Below are positions 63,157 to 64,000 of a stretch of DNA of 64,000 nt, piece after piece. The position numbers and the translations under genes are program-made. This DNA comes from Chiloscyllium plagiosum. Lineage: Eukaryota. The notes beneath the pieces are model-generated. The model was not told the DNA's origin. It searched no databases and saw only the letters and a list, made by a program, of their open reading frames with translations. Location: positions 8,279,889 through 8,343,888 of the forward strand of contig NC_057752.1 of the NCBI RefSeq assembly GCF_004010195.1, written 5' to 3'. Position 1 is the stretch's first letter; each line of letters starts with the position of its first letter.

Positions 63157-64000
63157 TCATAGAGATGTATACCACGGGAACAGAACCTTCAGTCCAACTC
63201 GTCCATGCTGACCAGATATCCTAACCTAATCTAGTCCCATTTACCAGCACTTGGCCCATATCCTTCTAAATCCTTCCTATTCATATACCCATCCAGATAA
63301 CTTTTAAGTGCTGTAATTGTACCAGCTTCCACCACTTCCTCTGGCAGCTCATTCCATACATTCACCACCCTTTGTGTGAAAAGGTTGCCCCTTAGGTCTC
63401 TTTTATATCTTTCCCCTCTCACCCCTAACCTATGCCCTCTAGTTCTGGACTCCCCGATCCCAGGGAAAAGACTTTGTCCATTCACTCTATCCATGCCCTT
63501 CATGATTTTACAAACCTCTATAAGGTCACGCCTCAGCCTCCAACGCTTGAGGGAAAACAGCCCCAGCCTATCCAGCCTATAGCTCAAATCCTCCAACCCT
63601 GGCAACATCCTTGTAAATCTTTTCTGAACCCTTTCAAGTTTCACAACATCCTTCCATTATGAAGGAGCCCAGAACTGCACACAATATTCCAAAAGTGGAC
63701 TCACCAATGTCCTGTACAGCCGCAACATGACCTCCCAACTCCTACACTCAATGCTTTGATCAATTAAGGAAAGCATACCAAACGCCTTCTTCACTATCCT
63801 ATCTACCTGCAACTCTACTTTCAAGTAACTATGAACCTGAGCTCCAAAGTCTCTTTGTTTAGCAACACTCCCTAGGACCTCACCATTAAGTGTATAAGTC
63901 CTGCTAAGATTTGCTTTTCCAAAATGCAGCACCTCACATTTATCTGAATTAAACTCCATCTGCCACTTCTCAGCCCATTGGCCCATCCGATCAAAATCCC
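63157..64000 (-). mobile_element. CR1 LINE 3' fragment, relatively young
   Basis: WQMEFNSDKCEVLHFG...LEYCVQFW...LERVQKRFTRMLPG...FTQRVVNVWN. Confidence 0.92.

Overview
This is vertebrate genomic DNA, very probably from a shark. That is inferred from HE1-type V-SINEs, SacSINE1-like DeuSINEs and CR1 LINEs. The window has four N gaps. Two aquaporin genes lie in tandem on the minus strand. The first is a complete 5-coding-exon aquaporin of 278 aa, best read as aqp14 (44515 to 29161). It includes a 15-nt first coding micro-exon that the ORF track misses, and it has an atypical A/I/G/R ar/R filter. About 22.6 kb downstream lies exon 1 of lens aqp0/mip (6532 to 6170); its other exons were not found and presumably lie left of position 1. 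Most of the rest is transposon-derived: CR1, L2, Rex1/Babar and RTE LINEs, SINEs, a Harbinger fossil, solo LTRs and a Gmr1-type gypsy element with integrase placed before RT. The most striking non-coding signal is about ten Penelope-derived, often palindromic inserts from three families that carry minimal hammerhead-ribozyme cores (CUGANGA...GAAA-CGU/GCU-H). Two of these lie in sense orientation on either side of aqp14 exon 4. Two degenerate minisatellites (~65 bp and ~33 bp units) flank aqp0 exon 1. Repeat boundaries were set by eye and are approximate; family names come from motif recall, not database searches.
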